Below are positions 47,315 through 61,501 of a DNA stretch of 64,000 nucleotides, piece after piece. The stretch is from the human T2T-CHM13v2.0 reference genome, Homo sapiens. The stretch is from the NCBI RefSeq assembly GCF_009914755.1, contig NC_060928.1, one strand, 5' to 3'. How positions within the stretch are numbered: the stretch's first letter is position 1; every line of letters begins with the position of its first letter. Both the position numbers and the translations under genes were made by a program. The notes under the pieces are model-generated. The model did not search any database. It saw only the letters and a list, made by a program, of their open reading frames with translations, and was not told where the DNA came from.

Positions 47315-48124
47315 TGGCATTTATTTTCTTAAAGAAAAAAAAAATCTAAATACTTGGGGGAAATGGGAGTTGAGCAAAAGACTGACACTAACAGCAGAAT
47401 GAATCATTTTTATATCTTCTTTACCTTCTTTACTGGGAAAGGTGGCTGGCTCAGCAGGGAAGGAGTGTATGAGGAGACTGTGTAAAATGTGTCTTGTCGC
47501 GTTGTTGGTAAGCCGCTAAGCAAATGTCTTTAACATTAATTTGAAATTAGGTCTTGACAAAATCTTGAGAAATTAAAACAGGAAAATAGATATTTGTACT
47601 CTAGGATGATAATTAAAATTGTAATATGAAGAGTAAATTGAGGGGTCATATTGAAAGGGAATAATAGTAGAAGACAAAAAGAAAACAAGGAACCAAACAA
47701 AACTTCAGCTCCTCTAATGGCATGCACAGAACATAGAAGTTTCTGATGAAGGAACTGGCAAAAAAGACAGAAAAGGAACTGCTGGGGTAAAATGGCAACA
47801 TGCTGGGAGAACACAGGTTTGCAGCTCTTGTGGGAGAAATACTTTCAAGAAGAAAGAAGTAGTTAATAATGCAAAATACTCAGGTGAGCACCAGGGAATA
47901 AAGGATGGAGAAATATTTTGAATTTTTCAGGACAATATTTAGTGTGAGTAAATTTAGAAGGCACAAAAACTGAACAGCTGAAATGATCTGTGAGAAGATA
48001 GATATTGTCATGGACTGAAGACCAAGGTTACATGGAAAGAGAAATGGACTGGATAATAGTTGAAAAGATTAGACAGCAAACATGTTTTTCTTTTAAGAAA
48101 AGATAAGAAGATTGATTGAGGTCA

Positions 48125-48212
48125 AAGTGCAATGAGTCAAGGATAGTGACAACTGGAAGAACAGGAAGCAGTTTGGCGGTGGCGGATAGGTGAGGCACAA
48201 GGACGTCAGCAC
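48125..48212. promoter_or_regulatory. Distal AP-1/ETS/CRE cluster ~2 kb upstream of the HPGD ATG
   Basis: TGAGTCA 48133-48139, CAGGAAG 48162-48168, CRE-like GGACGTCA 48201-48208. Fits my recollection of a described distal 15-PGDH promoter element. Confidence 0.65.
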
Positions 48213-48724
48213 TGGATTCAGACAAACCGGGTTTGGATCTTGTGTCTGCTACTGACCAGCTGTGTAACCTTGGGCAATTTGCTTCAACTCTGGGTCTCAG
48301 ATTCCTTATTATAAAGTAAGCTTTTCTAAAAAAAAAAAAAAAGGTGAAAATTAAAATAGGTGAAGCATATTAAACACTATTACAGAGCCTGCCACAAAGT
48401 ATTAATACATTAATATTAGTCCCAACATATTACTTCTGAAATATTAATGAATAATAAATGTGAGATAGAGAAAAATGTGAAGAATAGGTTTTTTTAGTAG
48501 ATAGCAAGGACTGAGGTCTAGAGAAAACTTAGTACCCCTTCATCCCTTTCCCTCCTCTCAATTTCCACTGCCACTGTCCAGATTCATATTTTCTCCTATG
48601 ATAGCAAACAGCAGTTAGCTTCTCATTACCTCCAAATACGCCCCCCACTTTTTTTCGCATTGTGAGATGCTTTTATTACAGTGAATTAAACTGCTTACCA
48701 AACAGTGATCTTTGTAAGGAAGGA

Positions 48725-49190
48725 TTTTTTCCCTTTTTAGTTGACATGGAATAACTGTGCATATTTATGTGATCTATATATACAGAGTGATATATATGTA
48801 CGGAGTGATATATCAATACATGTATACAATGTATAGTGACAAAATCAGGATATTTGATTATTAGCATATTTATTAACTCAAATGTTTATCATTGCTTGTG
48901 TTGTGTACATTCAAAATCCTCTCTTCTGGCTTTTAGAACCTATACACTAAATTATTGTTAACCATATTCACCTTACATGTGTTCTAGAAAACACTAGAAC
49001 TTATCCTCTAATCTAGCTGTTTCTTCGTATCCGTAAACCAGCCTCTCCCTATACACATCTCCCCTTACCCTTCCCAGCCTCTGATAACCACAATTCTACT
49101 CTCTACTTCTATAAGGTTTTTTTTTAGCTTTCACATATGACTAAGAACATGCAATATTTATCTTTCTGTACCTGACTTATTTCATTTAAT
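48725..49190 (-). mobile_element. L1MA 3' fragment
   Basis: Reverse L1MA 3' end (ACCACAATTCTACTCTCTACTTCTAT...TTTTTAGCTTTCACATATGA). Confidence 0.8.
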
Positions 49191-49390
49191 TGCTCCACAT
49201 TTCTTAAATCCAATTTACCTTCTGCACTTCTCCTAGGAAAATTTCTAAAACTGATCTGATCGTGTTTAGATATTCTCATGTTTAAAATCCTTAAAATATC
49301 TAAACTCCTGGGCATCACATCTGAGGTGTTCCATGCCCCATGTCTTTCTTGTGGCCCTTCTTTACATGCCAGGAAGCTGTGTGTCAGTCA

Positions 49391-50075
49391 CAGGTTTAGC
49401 ATCCCTGATCTAAAAATCTGAAATCCTAATTGCTCCAAAATCTGAGCCTTCCTGGACTGTGATGTAAGCAAGATATAAACTTCTTATCTGTTGAGCCTTT
49501 GCATGTTTGTTTCTATTTTCTATCACAGCCTAACCTAATATATCTCCCAATAGAAAAAATCCTCCCAAATGTCCCTGATGACTAAATCATGTAGAACACG
49601 GGGCAAATTAAATCTTTTTGGTAGATAGCCATCAGGGCAACCAAATTGGCTAACCTACTAGATCATTTATTGCCATAAAGTCTCCAAATAGACATAAATT
49701 ACTTACTTATCTAGCAAAACAAAGATAGTGTCATTATACACTGCCTCCCTGGCCCCCACTCCTAAGCAATAATCTTTTTTAAATGAAAGTTTTTGTTAAA
49801 AAGTGCTCCAACAATCTGAAACATGACAAGTGGAAAATTCCACATGTAAGTACTAGATACAAACTTGGTTTCATGTACAAAATTATTAAAATGCAAAAGA
49901 TTATTTTCAGGCTATATGTATAATATGTATGTGAAACAAATAAATTTTATGGTTAGACTTAGGTCTCAGCCCCAAGGTATCTCATTATGTACATGCAAAT
50001 ACAAAATCCCCCCAAAATTCTGAAATCTGAAATACTTCTAGTCCTAAGCATTTTGGATAAGGGACACTCACCTGT
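49391..50075 (+). mobile_element. Tigger4/MER46-type element interrupted by a ~360-bp insert
   Basis: TIRs CAGGTTTAGCATCCCT...AGGGACACTCACCTG followed by TA; the consensus-like body resumes at ~49803. Confidence 0.75.
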
Positions 50076-50949
50076 ATAGCCTATAAATAAGAATGTTCTT
50101 ACAAAATTATATGGATGATGGTTTATCTCAAATTTAACTTTGTTTTAGCTAAGAATTATGTTTTTAATAACACAAATCACTGTGATGACAGAAATATATA
50201 GCTGATGTAATGTCCTGAACATAGAAGCTGAGAAATGCATATAAAAATCAGAGGAGTGGGGAGATGTTGACTGGGTAAGCAGCCCTTTTTTGGTTTTATA
50301 ATATACCACATATAATGTTCTATAGATATTTTAAATTCAAAATAGACTTTTAATATAAAATATGGGAACATTCTTCTCCAAAAACCCATTATCAATATAT
50401 TTCTGTTATATAAAAAGATAATCACAACATATGGGAAATCTCACCATCCTATTAAAATTTTCCATCTTCTCTTGAACACATATCTCATATTTATATATAC
50501 TTTTCTTTGGTCAGCGTGTATTGCGCGTGTACTTTGGGTGGCCCTGTGCTGCGTCAGCTGGAAGGGATCCAGAGAAAAAGACAGAGCCCTCTTTGAAGAC
50601 ATCCAGAGAGAGTAAGCTCCTTATGATCCTGTGATTGGTATTTCCATGGTAGAGATCTGATAGCTGCATAGGAAAACAGTTGAAGAAAGTGGGAGGGCAA
50701 AGATACTCAAGAGGAGCGGGTATCAAACGGCAAAGGCCTGAGGGCATGGAGAGTGGCTATGTTTTAACTGACACATGGCTTCCTAGCATGTAGAGAGCTG
50801 TATTTGATTTAGTTTTGCAAACGAAGTTCTCTTAAAAACAAATGCAGCGCAATGATGCAAAGTTAAGAGAGGTGATTATTCCTTTAATGCAATTACAAGT
50901 GTTGAGTGTTGAACATTTACTCAGAAGCAGCCATCTCTTACTGTCTACA

Positions 50950-51190
50950 CATACAGCCTCTGGAATCAGACCGCTTGGGTTTTAATCCAGCTCTACCATC
51001 TACTAGCTCTGTGACTTTTGGATAGTTACTTAATTTATCTGAATCTCAGCTTCCTCATCAGTAAAATGAGGATAATAGCAGCACCTATTTCATAAAGTTG
51101 TTGTGAAGACTATACTAAGTTAGATACAAGTCAAGTGCTTAGACCAGTGACCGGCACATAGCAAATGTTATATAAATGCTATTATCATTA
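50950..51190 (+). mobile_element. MIR SINE (further MIR pieces at ~51200-51360 and ~51890-52230)
   Basis: CTCTGGAATCAGAC...CTCAGCTTCCTCATCAGTAAAATGAGGATAATA. Confidence 0.8.
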
Positions 51191-52364
51191 AGCACTATAC
51201 ATATATAATTGCGTTTATTATTTACAACCAAGCTGTGAGGTAGTTATTATTGTGGTCATTTTACAGATGAGCAAAACACGTTTAAGGAGTTTGGGGAATC
51301 TGGTCAAGGTCACTTATCTAGAAAATGAAGGAGGAGGCTTTGACACAAGGTGTGGCTGACTACTGAGTATTACTTCTTTTTTGAAAATTAAACTCTTAAT
51401 TTTGAGATAACTGTAGCTGAGCAGTACTTTTAGCCCTGTCTGAATGGCGATTTATTTAAGAAATACAAGTTGAATATAGACTGAAATCAGCACTCTTTGA
51501 GCAAATATATATTTTCCCATACCCTAGTGTCTGTCAGCTCAGTTCTGACCTGTTAGGCCAGGCTAGTCTTAAATTGATTTTTCCTTTATCCCATGCACAC
51601 TGGTGAGCACAGACATTCCAAGAAGCACTCAATCACAGGCCCAGGCTCAGAGGCAGGCCAGTCACTCACCTGATAGACATGTTTACTGAATTTTAAAATA
51701 ATGACATATCAATCAATACAAAAATAAGCTTTTTCTTTATTGAAACAAACAAACAAAAACCACTGCTGGCATAAGACAGTTACTGCTAGTACTGGGGTCT
51801 GGGGCTTGTTTTGACTTTGCTACCACAAGCTACAATAGAGGAGCTGACTTTTTAAATAGCTACTATGTTTTTGTTCCTTTGTAAGTTATTTCATTTAGTT
51901 TTCTTGCTAACCCTGCAAGGTAAGTAGTAGTATCCTCATTTTACAGTTGAAGAAAATGAGCCTCATGGAAGACAAGGGACTGATACCAGAACTTAGCAAC
52001 AAACTTGGGTACACATCCAAGTCACATGGCTCCAAAGCCTTTGCTTTGTCTACTCCACTGAATTCTCTTAGATCTACATTCAAATGCTGTCTCATCCCCT
52101 TTGCTAATTGTATGATCTTTGGGTGATTACGTAACCTCTCTGATCCTGTTTCCTGAGCTGTTAAAAGGGGAACAAAATGACATTCCTTGAAGCACCCAGT
52201 ACAATGCCTGGCACAAATTTGGTGATCAATGAAATATTCTTATTAAGTTTCTTCCTTAATATTCATATTTATTTCTGGATTAAGAGATACTTAGTTGAAA
52301 ATGGAGAAAGAACAATGATACAGATAGATTTTCAACTCCAGAATATGGTGAGATGTTTCTAACT

Positions 52365-52762
52365 TTTCTTGGTGTTTCCCAGGGCTGCTATAACAAAATA
52401 CCATAGACTTGGTGGCTTAAACAACAGAAATTTATTGTCTCACAATTCCTGAGGCTGGAAGTCCAAGATCAAGGTTTTGGAATGTTTGGTTTCTTCAGGC
52501 CTCTCTCCTTGGCTTTCAGATGGTCACTTTCTCGCTGCGTCCTCACACGGCTTTTTCTCTGTGAATGTGTGTCTGTGTGTGTGTCCAAATTTCCTCTTCT
52601 TATAAGGACACTAGCAAGATTGGATTACAGTCCGCATGGCCTTATTTTAACTTAATCACCTCTTTAAAGGCTCTAACTTCAAATAGAGCTACATTCTCAG
52701 GTATTAGGTGGTAGGGATTCAATGTAAGGATTTGTGGGGGAATACACAATTCAGCCCACAAA
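52365..52762 (-). mobile_element. MLT1A/B-type MaLR LTR
   Basis: AGGGCTGCTATAACAAAATACCATAGACTTGGTGGCTTAAACAACAGAAATTTATT...ACACAATTCAGCCCACAA. Confidence 0.85.
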
Positions 52763-54148
52763 ACATAGATTTTCCAATCTGGAAATGGAATTCTGTTTAT
52801 TGACTAAACTATATTGGGGAAACCAACAGATGGGTGCATTAAGGATTGAGCCAGTCTTGTGACTTGTACTTAACAAAACACACATTCCTGCAAATGGCAA
52901 GAACAGAAAGGCAGTTCAGTTCAGTAACGGGAGAAGCATCTAATGGTCAAAGTTATTCAGTTGCCAAATGGTCAAGTGGTGGTAATCTGTGACACAGAGA
53001 AAGAGGAAAAGAAATTCATCACTTACAGGTGGACCTGAAGGCTGAGGAAGAATTTTTGAAAAATTTCTACCCATGTGTTCCAATATTGGGTGGTATCAGT
53101 TATAAACAACTACTCTAAAGTAACTTCTACTTAATAGGTTGTGCTCATATAATTTGTACAATTTATTCAACAAATGTGTTTTGGCCACCACAGATATGTC
53201 CTGTACTAGGGCATGAGTACATGCAGTAAATAAAACAAATGATCTTACCTCCATGGAGCTTGTAGCCTCTTTGGGGATGCAGACAATAATTTGGTCACAG
53301 GCAGGTATATGGGAGCGCATGTCAGAGGGGCTTAACATGGTGAGGTAGAAGAGGCAAGTCTCCTGTAGGAAGTGCTATTTCTCCTGAAGTCTGAAAAATG
53401 TTTATGGGTAGAATAGAAGTTAGGAGAAGGGAAGAAGGGGTAGTGCAAAACAGAAGGAGCTGAAGATTCTAGCATCCAGGAGAAAGGGAGAATACTGTGT
53501 ATCTGAACAATTAAAATAAAGGCTAGAACACGGGGTGCTGATGCGGGATGAGGGAATGGCAGAAGATGAGGCTGGAGAAGAAGAAAGGAGGCACATCACT
53601 ACGAACATTTTAAGCCATAAGATGGACTTCATATTTCACTCTCAGACAATAGGAAGTCACTGAATGGCTTTAAAACCTAGGGAGACCTCTAAGCTTTGGG
53701 TGTTTGAAAGATTATCTTGGTTTAACTTGGAGAATGAATTGCAGTCAGGGGCAATGGAACCACAGCAACTGTATTTTGCCTGTTTTATTGTTATAGGATC
53801 TAGGATGTTGGGAAGGAACAAAGAAATTCAGGCATCTCTCCTGAGAAGAGAAAGGGAGTAGAATGCTCCATCATGATGCTAACCACAAGAATTGACTTGA
53901 CGGGACAGAATCAAGGGGAAGAACGTCAGTGAAACTTCTGGTGACAATCACCCACTTAGGTCTTTATTTTCCATTTTTGCATTTGTCATACTTTTCATAG
54001 TAATGAAAACAAATATGTTGTGTATAATACTGGATGTCAGCCTATACATTTGGTTTTTAAATTTGGGGAAGGAAACTTCTTTCCACTCGATTGAGCAGTT
54101 TCATCTTTGCAATGTATTTATTCTTTCTGAACTTTTGGGTAGTGTCCT

Positions 54149-54538
54149 CGTATTAGTCTGTTTTCATGCTGTTGATAAAGACATGCCCAAGACTGGGTAA
54201 TTTATACAGAAAAAGAGGTTTAATGGGCTCACAGTTCCACATGGCTGGGGAAGCCTCACAATCATGGCAGAAGGCAAAAGGTCTGTCTTGTGTGGCGGAA
54301 GGCAAAAGGCCCGTCTTATGTGGTGGCAGAAAAGAGAGAATGAGAGCCAAGTGAAAAGGGAAATCCCTTATAAAATCATCAGATTTTGTGAGACTTATTC
54401 ACTACCACGAGAACAGTATGGGGCAAACTGTCCCTGTAATTCAATTATCTCCCACCAGGTCCCTCTCACAACACGTGGGAATTATGGGAACTTCAATTCA
54501 AGATTATATTTGAGTGGGGACACAGCCAAATCATATCA
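54149..54538 (-). mobile_element. THE1-type MaLR solo LTR
   Basis: GTATTAGTCTGTTTTCATGCTG...GGGGACACAGCCAAATCATATCA; perfect TSD GTCCT at 54144-54148 and 54539-54543. Confidence 0.92.
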
Positions 54539-57500
54539 GTCCTAGAAAATTCTTCAGGACTGGCTCTTTTTACTTTTTGGCAATTTAGCCCTCCTGGTCA
54601 TGAACGAGTTGTCAGATTAGCTTCTCTTAATTTCACACTATGATGGGGAGAAGGAAATGCAGGTTTTCTGCTCTTAAAAGATTCCACATACTGTTTGGAC
54701 CCTCCCGTGCATAGTGGAGAGAATAACTTTATTCATTCTGTGATTATCCAGTAGGAAGTCTTATCAGACAGGAGGCCCTCTGGAGGGTCCTAGCAAAACT
54801 GACCTAAACCTCAGAGCACTCGAGTGAACACCCAAAGTCCTCTGTGGAGAAATGATGTAGAGTCTTGAATGGGAATATGTTGCTAATGGGTCATTAGTAA
54901 TTTGAGTGTCTTTTCAGCTGGCGTCAAAACAGGCCCTATTCCTCAGTACCCGGTATCAAGAGAAGACAACTTTCAGAAGCCCATTGCCTAGACTTGGAGG
55001 AGGCTCTTAATATGTTTTTTTCCACATTTCATAAATTCTTAGGATTTTTTAAATTTAATATCCTTTATGAACTAAGGTCAACAAAACTTTAATCAGTGAA
55101 TATATTTTTGGTTCTGAGAGTTAGAACACTCCTCCCTTTTAAAACAAAAAAGTTTTTAGAATTTTGTTGTTAAATATATCTGGACATATGAAGAAAACTG
55201 AAGTTATCAGCCTTTTCAATTGAATCCTGACACTGAAATTGTCTTTTGAAACTTACTTTTGTGTAACTATCCTGGCTCACTGGCACTCTGCTCTGGAATT
55301 AAATTTCCCTAATTTCTGTCAACTTTTTGAATCTGCAACAGTGGGAGCATATGATATGCTGTATGAGTAACTGCACAAGTTATTGTTAGAAAAATTCCTA
55401 CTGATAAGCCCTATGAGTTTTATCTGTAACTGTGCAAGTAACCTAAGTATCTTGTGGAATTAGAGGCAATAGTCTGTTTTACAAAGAGTAGGAGAGAGAG
55501 AGAAAGAGGTAGAGACAAAGACCAAGACCAGGAGAGGAAGAAGGAGAGAGACAGAAAGGGAGGCAGAGGGAAGAAAGGAAAGAAGAAAGAAAGAAAACAT
55601 TAGCATAATTTTCCAAGAATAGGCATCTCAGTGTCTTGCCTAGAAATCAAGGTCTTCCTCTGCTCAGAAGCACAGAAACTGTCCAGGAGGGGAAGCTCTA
55701 AGTAACGATAACAATAGAAACTGATTGGCTTGACAATGAGATAAGACCAGGTATGTTCCCGGTGACCCACAGTGAAGGAAAATTCAGTTTTTGCACAGTT
55801 TCACTGTGTGGAGAGAATATAGCACCATTACAAAACTTCTTTTAAAGAAAAGACACTTTGGGAATTGGCCTCATCTGTTTTTTTGTAGGCAGTTCAGATA
55901 GGAATAAAGGAAAGAAGAAAACATCTCCTTCCTTATTCCCCATCTGTTTATCTCACTATTTCTCATCCTCCTTACAGACACTCAGCTGGAGGTTCACAGA
56001 TCCAGTTTCTTGTAGATTGCTCCTCAATGTTGTGGGTAATTTTAGGCAAAATATGCAAATTTCTTGTTTGGCATAAGGTTTTTCTTTCTCCTGCTAAAAC
56101 AAAAATGTTTCCGCTACAAACTGTTTAAATACTTCGTAGGGATTTTGTCAGGATTAATGAGGCAACAGACAGTCACAGGTGATTATACTTATTTCAAGAA
56201 TGCATTATTTTAGTATGTCTATTTGGCATTACATTGATTTTTTTTCAGGTCATTAGCTTATTAATTTCTACTAGACAGCAGAGCTGCTGTGTCTTGTTAT
56301 TTTTGGAGTTAAAATGGTGTAATATTCTCAGAGAGCTAGACATCAACTTAGTGAACTGGAACTGGAGAATAATTTATTCTGTGCTACCATAGATGTTAAT
56401 TATTTACCACAAGACAGAGCTGGGCAAGAAGAAATCTCAGAACTTTAGTTTGGATACAGACTTTGCTTTTTATGGTCTGTTTCAATCCCTTTATTTTACA
56501 GATAAGTAGATTAAAACAATTATGATTAAGTATCTTCTCTTATGTCACACAGTTGTTATTGATTGGTTTATACTTAGGAGCTAGAGCAAGTGTTCCCAGG
56601 GAGTACATTTTGTACTGAATATAGCTGTCTTTGTGAAGAGAAAAATAACAAGATTTATAGGTACTGAAAGTTACCCAGAAATCTCACATTAGTCTAGGAA
56701 GAGGTATGTATTATTATGCTCAGGGTTACTGTGGCTTGATATAATTAAACAGATGTATATTCGTCTCCTAGAGTCTTCAAAATAATGATAGTGGTGACGA
56801 TGACGATGATGATAGTTAGCAGTTTTTAAAGGCTTACTCTGCAACAGGAATTATACCTAGAGGTTTATACACATTATCTCATTTATTTCCTAAAATGATG
56901 CCATGAGGTTGGATCTATTATTTCTTCCAGTCTACAGAAGAAGAACCTGAAGCTTAGAGATATTTGGTAAATTGTTCCAACTTCACTCTGTAAGTAAATG
57001 TCAGATCTGACCAATATGATGCCACCCTATGCCTTGTCACAGTATTATTCTGCTATACGTTTGAGAATCTGCCAAATTTTCTTAGGCTCATTATCCACTA
57101 CCACCATATTCTGACTTGTGGTGGAATTAATAATATTTCTAGAAGAAATACTTGCAATATTTAAGCAAATTTTAGAATTTTTATACTAGAAATAAGATCT
57201 TGGACATAATGTAACTGTATGTCTAGGTGGTGCTAAGTAACGAGACTTTCTGCACTGAGTTTTAGAATGAAGAATGGGAAGGAAAGCTCTTCCTAAATAA
57301 AGCAGGAAACATGGATACCAGCTTACCATTTGTAACCAGAGGTGTTTCTTAATCTTTTTCAGATCAGTTGTACAAAAGTTAAGACAGCAATAATGGTTTT
57401 TATAGAATGTTCTCATGACGGTTAAATATTAAGATGTATGTGAAGTACATAGCCCAGTACTAGAAAGATCTGGCGTCTCTTCTGATTATTTATTGCCTGT

Positions 57501-58049
57501 GCTGTACCAGTTAATGTTTGGAATATCAGTACTGTATTCAACAGGTATCTATTTGATATCTAGTATGTGATTGGGCCAGTAATAGGCCCTAAGGGGACAG
57601 TACTATTTTTATCTTCATGGTGCTCACTTTCTAGTTGAAGGAGGTAGAAAAAATAATTATTGCGGGTAGTGATAAGTGAAACAAAAATAATAAGACAGGA
57701 TTGGGGTAGAGTGACATGAATTGGGGAGAAGGAAGGATTCCATGAGATCAGTTGTGAAAGGAGGCTTCTAAGAAAGCAACACTGGAGTTGAGAAGGGAAT
57801 AAGAAAGAGCCAACTACCTGGAGATTGGTAGAAGGATGAAAAGACATGCACAAGATTTGAAGAAGAGTTTATGAAGATGAAGGCTTCCAATGAACTGAGA
57901 TTTCTACATCATGGGGAGGGTAATAAAAATGCTCTTTAAAATATGTTAAACAAGGTATCTGTATCTATGTCTGCATGAAAGTAGAGAGGAGACAGAATAG
58001 CTGATGCAACAGATGACAGTGAATAATCGAGTATCTACAGCTTCTACAA

Positions 58050-58695
58050 TGATCATCAACCAGGTTCTTTCTGCCCAACTGCAGCAAGTCAATCACTGAG
58101 ATAATGGATTTTGCAAAAGAGAAGACTATTCATGAGGCAGCCAGTGAGGAGGTGAAGAACAGGTCTCAACTCCACCTCCCAGAAGATAAGGCTTAGGGAT
58201 ATTTATAGGTTATAGAAGTGGGGTCAGCTAAGATGTGGGAAAAGGTGATTGTCAGTGGGGGAAAAATGAAGCAATCAGTGATCTATGCAAACATAGTTGG
58301 GATATGTGGCATTTCATAGGACACATTTGCAGAAAATGATGGTATTATGATCTGAGGGTGGAATTTTTGGTCCTCTGATGTCAAAATGCTCTCCGGCATT
58401 TACAGAGGCCCAGCTGAAGAGTCAACCAGTTTGAACTGGTCAGGAGCTGTCCCACATTCCTGAAAAATAACTGAAGTGACCATTACCATGGTGATTTATA
58501 AATGTTCAATTTATTATGCCGCTAATGAAGGTTAAGTTTCAGCGTTCAGTGGTGCAGCCTTCAATTACTGTGGCTTTCAGCTTCATGAAAAAAAAAAAAA
58601 AGAAAAAAGAAAAGAAAAAGATAAAAAGCAGGTAACCAAAAGCAAGCAGGGCATGCTAAATTTGGCAGACCTAATCAGATGAATCCTCTGTTTCA
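58050..58695 (-). mobile_element. ERV1 (MER4-group-like) solo LTR
   Basis: TG...CA bounded, resembles remembered MER4-group LTRs; minus-strand TATAAATA near 58200; subfamily uncertain. Confidence 0.6.
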
Positions 58696-59304
58696 CAGTG
58701 CTATTTTGTTTATAATCTTCTTTATCCAGGAGAACATTATTTGAACTAAAAAGAACAAAGCAAGAATGGTCTGAAATCACAAGGGGTTCAGAAGAATGAA
58801 ACAGATGATCTGGATACTTTTAGAAGGAGTAATAATTATTAATCCCAACAAATGACATTCTTCAGTGTCTAAGCATTTTCTTTTGTGATTAAAGAGCTGC
58901 CGTGAACAAACCTGGAGGAGAACGTGATGGGTACCAGAGACCAGAAATTTACACATGGCTATGTTTTCAAAGGACAGGTCAAGATGGTGAGAGGAGTGGG
59001 GCTAAGGAAGATGTTATCATATATAAATTCCAGAAATTGTACTGAGGTGACGTTGGTATCCATCTGCAGCATAATTCTATGCTTAAATATTGAACCAATT
59101 ATTTTTGAGCTCTTAGTAAGGCAAGGTGGTGGAGCCAGGATGGGTTCAATAAGAAGTTCTCATGCTAAACTAACCTCTTTTTTGATAAAATTTCCAGACT
59201 TTAAAGTCAAGAAGACAAAACAATTCTAGATTTGAGTAGGGCATATGAAGAAAATATGTGGCTTAATAACTTGCTTTTTAAAGTTAACATTTTGAAATGG
59301 GATC

Positions 59305-59675
59305 TAAAAAAAAATGTCGATCTTACAGAATTAGAGAGTAGAGCAGTGGTTACTGACACCGGGGAGAAAATGAGAGATTGGGGAGGATGGGAGAGGTTGG
59401 CCAACAGGTACAAAGTTACAAGAAGATAGAAAGAAGTTCTGGTGTCCTTTTGCATAATAGGGTGAAGATAGTTAACAGTAAGGGATTGTATATTATAAAA
59501 TACCTTGAAGAGAGGTTTTGGAATGTTCTTATTACAAAGAAATGAAAAATGCACAAGGTGATGAATACGCCAGCTACCCTAATTTGATTATTATACAACA
59601 TATACATGTATCAAAACATCAAATTGTATCCCATAAATATGTACAATACAATGTGTCAATTAAAAAATAGAAAAC
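59305..59675 (+). mobile_element. L1MA 3' end
   Basis: GAATTAGAGAGTAGAGCAGTGGTTAC...CCCATAAATATGTACAATACAATGTGTCAATTAAAAAA. Confidence 0.85.
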
Positions 59676-60179
59676 AATATAATTATGTGGTCTACAAAGA
59701 GAACATAATGGACTAAATGTTGATTGGGATTCACAGAATATTGCCAAAATATTCGTGACTTTGCTAACCATATGAAACAAAATGTTCACATTTAAATATA
59801 TAAGTTGATCTTAGTTGTATTTATGTAATAATTATTATGATCCATAATAAACCATACATATTTTGCTAATTTTATTATTTCTGTCCATGACAAGTGAAGT
59901 TATTAATAAGATATTATAAAATTTGGCACATAAATTAAAATGTATTCGTTATCCTATTAACAGTATTATTTTAAATGACAAAACTGTATTCCATATGTAT
60001 TCCAATACACCAAAATTTTGTAAGTTAATTTACCAATATCCGTTTTTTGGACATTTAGATTATTTGCATTTCTTACACTTTTTTGAAGTATTCTAGTTAT
60101 GTCCTTAGGTTAAATTCCTAAAAGTAAAATTTCTGAGCTATGAGGATATGCCAAATTACCTTCCAAAAATGTGGTATTC

Positions 60180-60492
60180 GCCGGGTGCAGCGGCTCATGC
60201 TTGTAATCTCAGTGCTTTGGGAGGCTGAGGTGAGAGGATGGCCTTGAGGCTTGGAGTTAGAGACCAGGCATGGGCAATGTAATGAGACTCTGTCTCTACA
60301 AAAAAAAATTTTTAAATTAACTGGACATGTTGCTGTGCACCTCTGGTTCCAGCTACTTGGGAAGCTGAGACAGGATATCTGCTTGAGCCCAGGAGTTCGT
60401 GGCTGCAGAGAGCTGTGATCACACCACCGCACTCCAGCCAGGGCAACAGAGTGAGACCCTGACTCCAAAAGCAAAAACAAAAGAGCAAAAAC
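60180..60492 (+). mobile_element. AluJ-type element inside an old L1M fragment
   Basis: Diverged dimeric Alu. Confidence 0.9.
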
Positions 60493-61501
60493 GAGATTCC
60501 AATGTATACTCCCACCAATTAATTTGAAGGTGACCATATCCCTCCTATCAAATACTGTCACTCATTTACATCTTTGCCAAATGTGGGTAAGAAAAGAAAT
60601 AATAGTTTTTTTATTTAAATGTGTATATCTTTATTGTTAGTGAGGTTGAATATTTTTCATATGCTTATTGATCACTTATAGTATTTTTATTTGGTTATCA
60701 ACTCATTTGCTTATCTGTTTTTAATATTTTTAAATATTTTCATTTTGTATGAGAATTTTTAGAGTTATGACAGAACACTTACATTATAGAAGTGCATCCT
60801 GAAAAAATTATGCATTAAATGACATGATGTCCGGAATTGTACGTAAAGTCACCTAGTAATGCGGTGGAGCCTGATGAAACAAGAATGGCTATGAAATGAT
60901 ATAATGATGGAAGATTGGGGAAGGGCTTCTAGAGTTTCATAATACATCCCTCTCCATTTGTGTCTACATATAAAATATCCATTACAAAAGGTAGACTAGG
61001 TCCTTGTAAAAATAATTTTATATGTTGCAAGCGCAGGAAGAAACTTTCAGTTTCAAGAGTTTAAGCATGTCAAATTGTATACTTCAACTATGCCATTTTA
61101 TTTGTAATAACCCAAAACCAGAAACAGCCCAAATATCCACTAACAGATAAATGGGTAAACAAATAGTGATAATATCCATAGAACAGAATGCGACTCTGCA
61201 AGAAAAGAATGAACTATTCACATAAGCAACATTAATGAATATTAAAATAATTATGCAGCATGAAGAAAACAAGAATAATAAAAAACACTTTATAATTAAA
61301 ATCATATAAAATTCCAGAAAATATTAACTAATTTATTTTGAAAAAAGGTAAATCAAGGGTTGCCTGGAGGGCAAGTGAGAGTAGGGAAAGATTATTAGAA
61401 AGGTATACAGGAGTAATGGATATTTGGATATGTACATTAGCATAATTGTGACAGTTTCATGAGTTTATATGTATGTGGAAAGTACCTCAGTTGTACACCG
61501 G

